Source: Lama glama (lineage: Eukaryota). From it: a stretch of 64,000 bases of DNA. Shown in pieces: positions 51,762 through 64,000 of the stretch. Location: the NCBI GenBank assembly GCA_028534125.1, contig CM052818.1, forward strand, positions 29,452,001 through 29,516,000. Direction: 5' to 3'. A program made the translations under genes and the position numbers. Every line of letters starts with the position of its first letter. Positions within the stretch are counted from its first letter, which is position 1. The notes under the pieces were generated by a model, which saw only the letters and a list, made by a program, of their open reading frames with translations, was not told the DNA's origin and made no database searches.

Positions 51762-51940
51762 TAAATTGAAGTATAGTTGCTATACAGTATTATGTAACCT
51801 ACAAGTATACAGTATAGTGATTCACAATTTTTAAAGATTATACTCCATTTATAGTTATTGTAAAACACTGGCTACGTGGCTATATTCCCCATGTTGTACA
51901 ATATATCCTTATAACTTATTTTATACCTTATAGTTTGTAC
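51762..51940 (-). mobile_element. L1 3'-end fragment
   Basis: Reads aattgaagtatagttg...tagtgattcacaatttttaaag...ggctatattccccatgttgtacaatatatcctt. Confidence 0.75.
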
Positions 51941-53659
51941 CTATCGTACCTTTCTCTTTTTTTTCCTGTTCTGGGGATTTTATGGTTGCTAACTACAAAA
52001 GTAGGTTTGCATGTTATTTGATTATATTTATCTGTGCTAGAATGCTGTACTAAAAATATCCTCTCTTTTCTGTTTACTTCTACTTCAGGTTTTCCAAAAT
52101 TTCTGTTCTTAGTTAACTCAGGTGTTTATTTGCTGCTCTTGGCATCTGCAAAACAAAGGTGTTGAGGCACTTGAATTTTTGTCTCATCTCCTAATGCCTG
52201 TCTAATTAAGGGGCATGTTCCTACCTTTAACAAAAAGCACATGATTTCACAAGGAGGCAATGACACACCCGGCATGGAAGCTGGACTCTGAACTCTACAT
52301 TTCACACAAGGTCTTTTCATACCATCTGGCATCATTAGGTCACTGTAAATGTTTGTTTCCAGTAATTGGGCAATAAATAAAACACGTTTGCAACAAGTAA
52401 AAACTCAGATGCCAAGTAAGACTTAACTTTAGGTTACTGTTAAGAGAACCAATTTAAAATAAAGGACACCCTTGTACAAAGGAAAAAATGTACATATTCA
52501 ATGACCCTGTGGTGCAAAAATAGATTTGAGGGATATTTTCTGAAATGTGGCCTCTCCTCAGAGATGAGAACTTGCCTGGAAATGTTGAAATTTCAAGCAC
52601 ATGAAAACATGAGATTATCCTAAAAGTAGCTGACAATTCCAACCACTGGAGGTGTAATTCTAATTTGATCTATACATTGAGCAAAGTCTCAAATATATAT
52701 GGAGTACCAGGCAGTACAGACAGCTACATCTGCTCAAATTATGACTTTTCAACTACTTCAAACTTGATTTGCATTCAAGAAACCAATTCCTTTTAGCTAC
52801 CCCATATATTCTATTAGATTAATTTCTATTCTTTGCATACTTTAAAGTGAATTTACGCAGCCCAATTCACACAGAAATCAATAGTTTATATGATCTTATG
52901 AGCAAGAAATTATTTTTAGGACTCAAAGATGAAACATTACTTTTGATCACAGCAAAAGAATAGGAGTGTTTTCCCCCTTTGTCTTGACACTCTCCATCAA
53001 GGTGGAAAACACTGGAGATCTCTCCAATCTCACTCCTCCACCTCTTCCCACTTTACGTCAAGCCAAAGAACTCTCTGCTCCTATCAATTTAACTATCATT
53101 CACTGACCACTGAATTTTCAGCATTAATCCTCTCTCCCTTCATCTCTAAAACAGCACTGGATTCCCTGATTGTTATTCAAGAATACATCATTCTTGACAT
53201 CAACCAAAGATGGGGCTGGCTGAAACAAAGATGTAGCTGCTACTCATCTTTACCTCACAATCAATCCTCCCCTGATCCCTGGCCCCAGGGGTCAGTGAAT
53301 CAATCAGACGGAGCCTTTATCTGACTTTTGAAGCCAGAAAGTTCAGAATATACCAACTTATCACCATCTTTTCCTTCACAACAGCCCATAATGCAATTAT
53401 GATGCTAGCTTCTTCACAAAAGCCTCGGCATTCATCTCTTCATTTTCAACTTGACTTCTTAGATTAGACCTTGGTCATTTCACAGTTGGACCAAGGCCAG
53501 CTTCTCTCCCCTGGTCTCCTCATGTCTACCATCCCAACATTCACCCCCATTCATTCAAAAGTTGAAACTTTAAAAATTTTCTAAAAGTTCATTAAATGTA
53601 TCAAATGTCCTGCTTTTAAGTCCATCGTAAATTATTCTAAGTCTAGGAAATTTGAGTAT

Positions 53660-54330
53660 TTTTCATCCTTTTCTCATAAGAAATTTTCAAATATGCTGAG
53701 ATAATTCAAAGAATGATACAATGATCACTTGCATTTCCACCCCTCAGAGTCAACAGCTGCTAAAATTTTGCCAGATGTGTACAAATGCGTTTGGAAGTAA
53801 ATTACAGACATCTTGGCGTTCCTCACTCAAGAATAAGGACATGGTCCTACATACCTCTAATATTATCACACCTAACAAAGTAATAATTCCAAAATATCAT
53901 CTAATAGTCAGTCCATATTTAAATTTCCTCAATTGTTCCTAAAATGTCTTTCAGAGCTGGGTTTTTATTTAAACAAACAAACAAACAAAAAAACCAAGAT
54001 ATGATTAAAGTTCATACATCACATTTTCTCTTGTCTCTAGTCTCTTTTCAGGAAAGTCTTTTTATGGTACGATTTTTTAAAGAAACCAGGCTATATCCTC
54101 CTGTATTTTTAATCTATCTGATGGGGAGGAGTGTGATATTTTTGGCTTGTTTCTTCACCCCGAGTGTTCTCTATGAGCTGGAGGTCAGATTCAGATTAAC
54201 CATTTTTGGCAAGAAAACTTTTAAGGTGTTGCTGTACACCTCCTACTGCACCACATCAGGAGGCATGTACTATCAGTCGTCCTGATTCTAAGGACTCTGA
54301 GTTTGATCACTTGATCAAGGAGGCATGATG
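53660..54330 (-). mobile_element. Old L1 (L1MC-like) fragment
   Basis: ctcaagaataaggacat, attatcacacctaacaaa and catttttggcaagaa resemble an L1MC 3' UTR. Confidence 0.55.
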
Positions 54331-56877
54331 CCGTTTTCACCTTGACACTAAGTCATTTACATCGCTCTGTGCCTCAGGCTTAAGAGGCTTCCTCTGTGTA
54401 CCAATGCCTGTCAGGAACCCTAAACTGGTTCACTTCTTTGGTCTCTTCTGACACTATTTCCTTATCTGTTTCTTGCAGTATTTCCTTTCCTCTGTTTAAT
54501 TATTCACTCTCTTCTCTGTGAGCTTAGTTTCCTAACCAATCATCCATTTCCCTCCACCATCCAAGCAATTCCTGAAATTCTACTCTATGAAGATGCCATG
54601 AACTTAAATACATTGATCACAGCTCATGTTGGGTTTTCAACCTCAAGTTTACTGCCTGATTTTTAGAATGTGCCCACAGAGACAAGGGCTGTTCCTACTA
54701 AATTCGTTTTGTGTGTGACCTCTAATGGCAATATATGAACATAGGTTCTTACTGATAACTATGACATTAAGATCTCAATAGCTGTCATCTGCAGCTTTTA
54801 AGAGTTTTCCTATTGAGCAAAGCACTAGTGAGTATTTACGCTTTTGTTTCTGCCATTCATGTGAAATCTACCTGCATATCTTCCTGCAGGTATGTTTGCA
54901 AACCAACCATAGCAAGAAAGTACAAATATTTTCAAACACCTTCGTAGGATACACATTATATACTATTGACTATTGGCCAGTAATTTTTTTTTAAGCCTGG
55001 ATCATCCTAATTGCACAATTTAATTGGGCAATCACTGGCAGTCAGCAACATTTCTTACCAACAAGAAGACAAATATATGCTGAGAATGTTTTCTCAAAAC
55101 AGGTCTTATTTTGAAGCTCATAGTAGTGACTACACATGCAAAATGAATTAAGAATTGAGATCACTGTCTGGATCATTCAGATCGAAAGTCAGATGGATCT
55201 AGTTTGAATTTTATTTGAGTAACAATCCCAATTACCCAATTCATGTGGATTGTAGAGCCCAGCTTAGGCTTAAAACTAATTTGTCTATATTCTTTCTAGT
55301 TAGCAACCACCTGCCTGCTATTATATGTATGAGAATAACAAGTCTGTTGACATCTCATTTTCTTGCTTTTTACCATCTGTGTTCCAACTTGGAAACTAAG
55401 GAGAAAGATACTGGGCACAGAATTTTAAAAGGACCTGCTTTTTGCCTTTCTCATGACCGACCTAAGCTGGAATGACTAATCAACGCGAATGGCACAGAAT
55501 TCATTCTCCTCCTCCAAGGCTGGTCCGGGGCAAACTGTGCAGCAGAGGAGGCTGACTGCTGCCCCACTGCCCCTATGAAAACCTGCCCTTCGCAAAATAA
55601 TCCAGTCCTTCCTTCTAAGCTACGTGTAAATTGATGACATTTCTTTTCCAAAAAGCATTTGCTTAAACCTGGTCTTCAACTGAGGAATGAAGAGGTCCCC
55701 TCCAGTCGGCATTTCAGGCATCCGCAGGCAGACCAAAGCTGCGTCGGGGACGGAGCCTTCCCTGTCTTACAGGAGTTACATGGCATAAGCAGTCACCTGC
55801 TCCACTTTTAGGTTTGACTCTACTAACAGACAAGCATCTCCTAAGCTAATATTTACATAGTTCTGCAACATCTGCAGAGCATGTCACATTACCTTGTCTA
55901 ATTTTGACAAAAGCCCCATATTCTTGTTTCCACTTGACAGATAAAGAAGCTGGTTCCCTGACACCAACTGCTGAGCCCAACAGCTCTAACCAGCGTCTTC
56001 TAACTCCATGTGGCTGCTCTTTCCATTCGGGTCTACAAACCAATTTTGCCTCTTCCCTTAGAACAAAGACAATGACCTTACTGTGGACTCGCCCAGCACT
56101 TAAAAGTGTTTTCCAGGTTTCAAATGCAGGAATGATTGATCCTAATTACCAACAAATATTTCATACACACACAGTATTTTTTGAATATTCATAACAACAT
56201 GAATAATAGATACGTCTCATTAACTCTCCTCACAGAGGGTTCAAACCAGTCAACTGACAGGAGAAGAACCACAGGACAAAGCTGTATCATTCATCACATA
56301 ATCCAAGGCAGGAAGCACCAAGTCGTTGGGGCACAGGAACCAATATTTTCATGTTGCTTTCACTATGCACATTCCATGACAAGTTTTAAAGAAAACTCAG
56401 CCTGTCTCTCACTTTATGATACATATATGTAGAGTTACAAATACACTCAATGCTACTTAAAATGCACTTCAAACAACTCATGCATTTCCACTTTAGTTAC
56501 GAATTTTTTAAGAAAATAAAAGATGACAGGCCATTTTTCCTCTCTTGGGTTGGGCCACTCCCAATTCTCGGGAGTGCACTATCTTTCACTACTTTTTTTT
56601 CTTACTTCACTAATAAAAACCTAGTTTATATCCAAAAAAAAAGATGACAAATTATTATTGGATGATGAGTTCAAAACTCAAATGTACCCACTACCCCAAA
56701 GTATTCAAAAAGACATAAATATTTTCAAACATCTTTGCAGAGTCTATCTCACATACCATATCTCATTCCTGACATGTTTTATACTTATATTACCGTAACT
56801 AAAAAAAGTACAAACAGGCAATCACGGACTTCTGGCAGCATTTCTGCAAGTTCAGTACTTACAATTATCTTCCATAT

Positions 56878-57081
56878 CAGAGGCTGGCAAACCTTTTCCG
56901 TAAAGAGCTTTGCAGACCCTATTTTAGGCATTTTAGATTATACAATCTCATTGAAAGTGTACAATTCTACCGTTAACAGCATGAAAACAGGCATAGATGG
57001 TATGTAAACGACTGGGTGTGGCTGTGTAGCAATAAACCTTTATTTATAGTAACAGGCCCATGGGTCATTTGCCAACCCCTT
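56878..57081. mobile_element. MER58A-like hAT-Charlie MITE
   Basis: Reads cagaggctggcaaacct...gggtgtggctgtgtagcaataaacc...tttgccaacccct. Confidence 0.7.
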
Positions 57082-57174
57082 CTACAAAAGTTATTTTACC
57101 AAGTCTGTCTTTCCTACTAAAATGAGACTGTATCTGCAACACATTACCCAGACTGGCCGGGGAATGCTGCTTAC

Positions 57175-57449
57175 CTGTGATCCGATGGTTTCCTGGAAGC
57201 ACCGGCCAAGCTGAGTCTTTGCAGCCACAGGATAGACATGAGGAATGACTTGCTGGTGGGAGTATGAGGAATGGACCGTCTGGGTCTTCTGGACAGGAAG
57301 CCCTTGGTAAGAGACCTGGGATTGGCCTGGTTGAGCTTCTTTTACCTTCTGGCCCGTTGGGCCGTCGACTCTTGAAACCTGATGGATCTGGACAGAAGCC
57401 TCAGGAGGGTGCTTCACGTGGATATTGACTATGTTGGGAGGAAATTTCA
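57175..57449 (-). CDS. LTBP1: LTBP1 internal exon (275 nt, phase 1-0): VKFPPNIVNIHVKHPPEASVQIHQVSR...AAKTQLGRCFQETIGSQ
   Basis: Acceptor is gttttag|TGAAATTT and donor is TCACAG|gtaag. Contains the characteristic LTBP motif VNIHVKHPPEASVQIHQV. Frame is continuous with the flanking exons. Confidence 0.97.
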
Positions 57450-58612
57450 CTAAAACAGATTGGGAGGAAAACTTGCCAGTCACAAATAATGAACATGCGC
57501 CCCAGGATGAAAGTCAATTTTCATGCTAGTTGGCAGGACAGTAAATTTAGACATACTTGTGTGCATATATATTACTCATATGATAAATTATACATTTATG
57601 GTGTATATATATTTTTGTCGCACAGCTGTCGAAATTCTTTATCATAAAAGGGTACACTCAAAACTCAGACCTGAATCGATGTATTTTAAAGACTAAAACT
57701 GCTTTTATAAAGGGAAATTAAAACCTCTCACAGATTCATGAGACAAATTTTTTTTTTCAGAAGAGCCAAAAAATTAGGAAATTCATGCTATTTGTGGTCA
57801 TACAAATGATCACAATGAGAGAAATCAAATGAGTGATAAAGACTCAAGAGTTTGGTTAGTTTTGAATCTCTCACAAAGTTTCCATCGTAGAAACTGTAGG
57901 ACCTACCATGTAACTTCACAAAGCATAATTCTCTTGCCCTCTTTTGTGCTTCTTATGACACACACAAGACACCAAAGTGTGGTATTTTATATCTGTACTG
58001 ACTTTCTCTGCAGCTTTCAAACAGTTTAATCTTCTGATGCTGAGATTCAGGTTTTAAAGAGTAAGAGCCAGTAACACTTCTCTGACCCCCTTTTTAAAAA
58101 ATTGTACATGTATAAGAAATGCCAGGTTTAAAAGAATGAATTAGTCATAGAATTTCTAAGCTCCAAGTGACCTAGTTTACCTTCCTCTACAGATGAATAA
58201 ATTGAAGCCCAGGGAGGTTACAAACTCTTTAGTACTAAAACCAAGTGCTCTTCAACTACAAAACAGACTTGGTGTTCACAAGTAGGTACTGTGTGATCTA
58301 CTAGTTTATTACGGCAATAAGGGCCAGAAGACCATCTTGTCCATCTTTCTTTCTATTTCCCAGGCCCCGCTGGAACAGCGCCATGTACGTTGACCATCTC
58401 TTGGTACTGAGTCGCCAGAGAAAGATAGGCTTCATTTTTTAATTTCCTAGACACCAAATTCTCTACAGCCTAGAAAGTACTATCACCAGTTACCTGGGCC
58501 CATATTCTGTCCCAATACCAGCCCGGCCATCTCCAGACACCTGGCTTCTGTATGGGTTTGGCAGGTTAAGAGTTCTGATGAATGGGAAAAAAAATCAAAC
58601 TAACCAGCTTAC

Positions 58613-58837
58613 CTTTGACTCCTTGCTGGCTAGTCATGGTCAGAGGCAAGGTGTGTGTAGAGTGAACGACATGTGTTCCCAGAGCCTTGCCTGACTGCTG
58701 GGATTGCTGATAAAGTTTAGGCACGCTGGCACCAGGGACCGGGATCTGGCAAAGCTTCCCTGTGAAATTTGGAGGGCACTGGCATTTGTCCCTTGAACTG
58801 CACTGGCCTCCATTCATACACGGAAGATGGCAAATTA
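58613..58837 (-). CDS. LTBP1: LTBP1 internal exon (225 nt, phase 1-1; about exon 6 of long isoform): EGF-like domain [31 protein letters not shown] plus linker to QQGVK
   Basis: Translation matches the LTBP1 sequence as I recall it. Acceptor is ttttccctttcag|TAATTTGC and donor is AAAG|gtaag. Six-Cys EGF spacing and an NFT sequon are present. Confidence 0.97.
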
Positions 58838-59739
58838 CTGAAAGGGAAAAGTGAAAACGTGCAGAGCTGGTTAGTGTCTTAAACGCTAAGTAACAATCCA
58901 TCAAAGCTCCCTAAAGCACAGCCACCATATTCCCAATGACTTTGGAAATGCTAAATAAAGGAGTAACCACACTAGGACAGAAATAATTCCTATTTTTTTC
59001 ACTATCTTGTTCTTTCCACCTTAAGTCATTGAGCTCTCCAACTGCTTGTTCATCCCCCACATGGAAAGAATTCATGGGGAGAGGGGAAATTGTATATATA
59101 AATGGATCTCTATATAGTAGCCACTCAAGATTTCTCTTAGATTACTAATTAATTGTCTCCCTAGATCATAAACTCCTTGGGTGAAAAGGATATGCCAAGT
59201 TTAATGAGCTTTATATCTTCAGCACCTAGAATAATGCCTGGTACACAGTGGACATTAAACATTTCCTCAAAGAATGAACAAATCAGAGGGCTAAAAATAG
59301 TATCTGTTAAGATTTTTCTCCATGTGTGACACTGAACTAAGTGCTACTGAAAATAAGGGAGTAGACAGTTTGAATCCTGCTTCACAGGAATTTGCAACCT
59401 CATTGGGATAACAAGACCACAGTGAACCGAGAAGCAGCATAGTGATTAATGGTTGGGAATTTATTTATAATACCAAGAGATAAAAGGACACGTCTGGGGG
59501 AAGAATTTTAAGAGGAGTTTTAAATTCAGGCTAAATTCAGCTTGGGGCCCACCTCTTCATTAGGGAATGAAGTCTTTCTATTAACCCTATACTGATCAGT
59601 TTACACCAGTTTTAAAAATACAAGACCCTCAACTCCATTTTCTTTCTCTTTAAATCCTCCCCTCTGTGACCAAACATTCCAAACAAATTGCGTTCACTTC
59701 TCCGCTCACTACCAACTAGCTGAGGCCAGGTTGTGCTGC

Positions 59740-60930
59740 CTCTTCCCACCCCCTTACTCAGTCACTAATGGTCTCCATGTTGCTAAATCTCATGGATGGA
59801 TTTCAGTCTCCCCTTGGTTTCTCTGACATCTCACTTTTTTTCTCTTTCCTCTTTGCCCACTGGGTCTTAACATTCTTTGTAGACTCCACTCTTTACTTGT
59901 CCCTTAAACACTGCGTGCTTTAAGAGTTGGTCTTAAAATCCTCTGCTTTACTAATTGTATACACTCTTCTGATCTGACAAACGCTGACGTCACCCAGATT
60001 TATATTTCACAGCCAAAGCTTTCTGCTGTGCTCCAAACTGTCTACTACTGTCCATCTCCTGTAGATATTCTACAGGAGTCCCAAACTTAGAATGTCCCAA
60101 ATGGAACTGCATCATCTTCCCTCTAATATCTCCATTCTCTGAGTGACCCTTACCAGAAACCCAAGGACTGCTCTGCCCCGTCACCTACCAAACATCCAGT
60201 CCTCAAAGTCCTCCTGTCTAAACATTCATCAAATATGCCCACATCTTTATCATCATGGAGACTCTGTTCTCTCTGAAACCTGATCACCTATGAAACTCAC
60301 CTCATTTCCTACAATCCAGCTACACTAAACTTTTCGAAAAAAATTTTTATTTTTTATTGAAGTGTAGTTGATTTACAATGTTAGTTTCAGGTGTGTAGCT
60401 GAGTGATTCATTTATGCATATACATACATATGTATATGTTTCAGGTTCTGTTCCATTATAGCTGATTACAAGAAATTGAATATAGTTCCCTGTGGTATAC
60501 AGTAGGTCCCTGCTGTTTATTTTATATGTAACAATGTCAGCTGCACTGAAGTTTATTCAGTTCCTCAGTGGACAGGGCCCTCTCAGCCCTCTCAAACTTT
60601 ACACTGTGTTCTTGGCCTGGAACACTCTTTCCCTCACCTGCCTACCTCTTATTCGTCTTTTAGACCTTGCTTAAACCTCATTTCTCTGGAAGCATTTCCA
60701 ATTGCCCCTCATCTAGGTCTGGGCCTCTCTGTGCTTCCATGAACTACTGTTCATTCCTCCTCATGCCACTTGGCTCACTGCATTACAACTGTTTGATCAC
60801 TTTTCTGCATGCCTCATCCAACTGGAGCTCAGTGAGGTCGGGGACTTGAATATTTTACCTCTAGCATGTAGTTCAGTTTCTAGAAAAAATGCTGCAGCTC
60901 AAAAAAAAAAAAAAAACTGGATCAAAGAAT
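59740..60930 (+). mobile_element. L2 remnant interrupted by an antisense L1 3' fragment (about 60340-60530)
   Basis: L2 motifs include ctccatgttgctaaatc and cccagatttatat. The insert reads ttttattgaagtgtagttgatttacaatgt...gttccctgtggtatacagtaggtcc. Confidence 0.6.
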
Positions 60931-61967
60931 GAACAGATTTATGGCTACCCGTTTGCCAAATACCATCCTAGGACTAAGGGAGACTGTAAGAGCTAACTGG
61001 GGATAGTAGATAATACATGGTAACTAAAAATACAGATCAGCAAATAAGCAATAGTGGGAAAATATAAAATGTAAATCCTGTAGAACTTCAGAGAAAAGAA
61101 AAGTCCTTTCTGGAAAGTCAAAGTAGACTTTACAGGAGAGACCATTTGGGATAAGTCTTGGAAGCTGGGCAGGATTCAAAAAGACAAAAGGACAGTATCC
61201 TAGGAAGATAGTGTGTGTAAAAAAGGAAGGGAGGCCTATTTGGGAGATAATGAGAAAGCCTGTCTTGTTGAAACCCTAGGTTCCTGAGGGGAGGGATCAG
61301 ACAACCAACTGGGAGATGCAGGCTTGAGTCAGACAATGGATAAAGGCTTCACAAAGAGTTTGGATTTTATTCTGTAATTAGTAAATTACTTTGGAAACTT
61401 CAAGGAGAGAATTTTCCAGAAAGATTACTCTTGCAATGGCTTGTGGCCTCAGCTGGGAAGGAGAGTGACCTAGGTGGAAAAGTCAGATGGGAGACTATTA
61501 AAATAACTGAACGACAAGTTGAAAAACACATGGATTGGGACGATGGCAACAAGAATTGAAAGAAACATGAAGTAATATAATAGACAGGCAATCAGGACAA
61601 CATGGAGATGGGACACAGGAAGTCAACAGTGGGCTGAAGAAAGGGAGACAGTGAAGGAGAAATGAAGGAGCTGGAAAAAACGACCAAGGTGACCACCTAG
61701 AACTATGTACAGGGTCTGACTATGTGGCAGATCAAGACGAAACTGCCCACACTAGATGAGGTCTGGAATGTTTCCTTCAGCGCCCGATCTGCCAGGTAAG
61801 AAGAAGAGCCAAAGCTGACTCAGAGGCTGAGTCAAAGCCTTCCTAACTCCCAGTCCAATTCTGAACTGAACTTCTAAATCACGGCGTGGCCAAACTGGAT
61901 GGATTCAATGGGCATAGGAAGCCTGGCCAAGATTTGAATGTACTGCAAATAATTAAGGACTGGAGTA

Positions 61968-62837
61968 CGAGCACTCCTCACTCTGCATGGTTCCAAAATG
62001 CATGAATTTCAGTTCACACAGTGAAGTAACACCAGTCCCCCAACAGCACAGTTCAAATTTCTGTTGCCACAATATTAACCAGGAACAAACTTCACTGTTC
62101 ACTCTTTGGTCCCCAAATCACTACATAAATAACAGACGTGTATCATGATCAGGAACCACGTCACTTCCTTCAGAGTCTGTTGGTGATGACTGATCCCGGC
62201 CTATCCACGATTCAGTTTATGCACAGACAGAAAAGCAGATAGTGGTGTTGCCTCACCATTTTGCACTGATAAACCCCACAACATTTCACAGAAGTGGATA
62301 ACCAAAAGGACCAACAAAAAAAGGGCAGCAAAGAAGTGAAAAGTGGTAACACTGAGAAACTGGAAAGTGGTTGTGATGCAGGATTAAGATGTCCCCAAGG
62401 AAGTTACATTAAAGGGACTTTCAGATACTCCACAACTTTGAAAGCACAAAGGGTAAGAGGTTGAAAGCTGATCCCAACTTGGAAAGGAGTCTAAGAGTTC
62501 ACTAAGGTAAAGAAAAGATACTTCACATAGGTTGAATGAGAAGAGAGAGAAAATGTTCAGACCACTCTTGATAAACTCTACTCAGAGAAATATCAACACT
62601 TTAATTCTCAGTGTTTCTAACATTTTAAATTACAGGGCACTAGATAAATATTACCTTTACTATTTTTCTCCTTTCCCTATACATATATACCTACAGTAAA
62701 GATTTTAGTGTTTTGACAAAAAATTTTTTTAAGTTCATGGAACTAGCGATTTCCCCAACGATTATTAAGACTGTTTTGGAGTTATAGCTTGCACGGTATT
62801 CTTATGGTCCTGCACCACCATGCAAAGAGGACTACCT
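61968..62837. mobile_element. Tigger-like DNA transposon remnant
   Basis: Ends tacgagcactcctcactctgcatggt and accatgcaaagaggactaccta form imperfect inverted repeats; the interior is degraded and transposase-like. Confidence 0.5.
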
Positions 62838-64000
62838 ATAATCTGTACTAAAAGAACTTCATCTACGTGACCATCTTTGTTGTTTTTAAACAAAGCAGTG
62901 GACTTATGTCTAGTATCAATAGCAGATTTTGAACTCTAACATGAATTTAATTAGTTTTGTTTAAATCTATTTTTAAACCCCTGAGATAGCTTCCATACAA
63001 ATGTTTCAAGGACTGTACTGGTCTACGTGGATACAGCAATAATCCCAGAACAAAACTCCAATAACCCTCTGTCTCTCCAGCCATAAAGGAAACAACGTTT
63101 GCTTGATTTATTCCAACCAATAACAGACCACTATTTATAACCATTTCTGAATGAGAAATAGAATACCCATTCTCCTGTTCCAGCATTTTGACAAAATCTA
63201 AATTACAATATAAAGTTCTTTGTCCCAGCTCACTGTGCATTGAGTCCTTTGTGGCAGGTGATCTTTTTAAAGCTAGTCGTTTATATCAAAGAAAACAAAT
63301 TTAAAATCAACCTACAAGAGTTAAGGATTTAACTATGAATAGTTTCTTTCTGTTTCAAAATTCATGCCACTCTCAAAACATCACCTGGTGATGTATCGTC
63401 CGTGCTGCCAGTGTTCTATAAAACTTTCTCAGCACAAGAAGAGGAAAAAGTAAGTTATCTCTAAGGCTGACTTGAGAAGCCTGTGGTATGCTGGTTTTAA
63501 GCCTAGCTATGGCACATATATTTTAGAACATACATTAGGAAGGTGTAATGCAGAACGCTGGATGAGAAACTCCACAACCATGTCAGCCTGACATCTCGCT
63601 GGCCATCTCCATAATTCACCATATTGCATCATATGGTCACCTGGGACCCACTGCAAATAACAAGAGGTCCAGGGGCCTTCAGCCTATTATTCCAGAGTCA
63701 CTTCGTGACCACGACTCCAAGGATCTCAAGGTATGGCTATAAAAGGCCACAATGAGCAAAAAGGATCCAGGCTGGGAGAAAAAGTTGGAGGGTTTAAATA
63801 TGCCCAGCCTTTCTGCATTCACGATGGTCTGCGAAACACCTCGCATAACTGGAGAACCTGGGCTGACATGAGAATATTCACCGTCTATGCCACAAACTGG
63901 AACTTAGCTTAAATGAACAGAAACTGACTTGTATACACACATGGGAAAACTGAATTTTCTACAGATTCGCACTATAAAAAGCTAGATTCTCACTCTTCCC

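Noticed and set aside
57091..57483. Treating full ORF-track intervals (also 58566-58904, 13485-13775, 5648-6007, 2852-3079, 37362-37595) as whole genes
   Set aside because: Only the portions between splice sites match LTBP1; the flanks are intronic read-through.
280..63240. The many 60-113 aa ORFs in the six-frame track that do not overlap LTBP1 exons
   Set aside because: Their lengths are expected by chance, many use non-ATG starts or lie inside transposon remnants, and none shows a recognisable domain.
1..64000. A novel multi-gene, prokaryote-style system (CRISPR array, operon, defence island)
   Set aside because: The window is accounted for by LTBP1 exons, introns and common mammalian repeats. 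I saw no regularly spaced repeat-spacer array and no long unexplained ORF.
58838..64000. LTBP1 short-isoform promoter or first exon
   Set aside because: The preceding shared exon (recalled as NHTGRIKVVFTPSIC...) is not in the window, so the alternative start must lie further upstream; no CpG island was seen here.

Overview
Mammalian genomic DNA, AT-rich and rich in interspersed repeats. The whole window lies inside the LTBP1 gene (latent TGF-beta binding protein 1) on the minus strand. I reconstructed eight internal coding exons with GT-AG boundaries and matching splice phases. In transcript order they are 58837-58613, 57449-57175, 37532-37430, 33402-33331, 13615-13493, 5907-5740, 3108-2881 and 714-692, totalling 1217 nt. 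From memory these correspond to about exons 6-13 of the human long isoform. They encode an EGF-like domain, a Gln/Pro-rich linker, the hybrid domain, a cbEGF domain, the first 8-Cys/TB domain and the start of the hinge. The 72-nt and 23-nt exons are absent from the supplied ORF track. The rest is intron containing L1, L2 and MIR remnants, MaLR/ERVL solo LTRs, hAT and Tigger MITEs, and five tRNA-Ala(AGC)-derived SINEs whose form suggests a camelid (inference). Repeat family names come from recall of consensus sequences, not from a search. I found no credible previously undescribed biological system. The most notable items are an internal in-frame splice acceptor matching the known LTBP1-delta53 variant, the 23-nt micro-exon, several nested or tandem transposon insertions with target-site duplications (TSDs), and small templated duplications.
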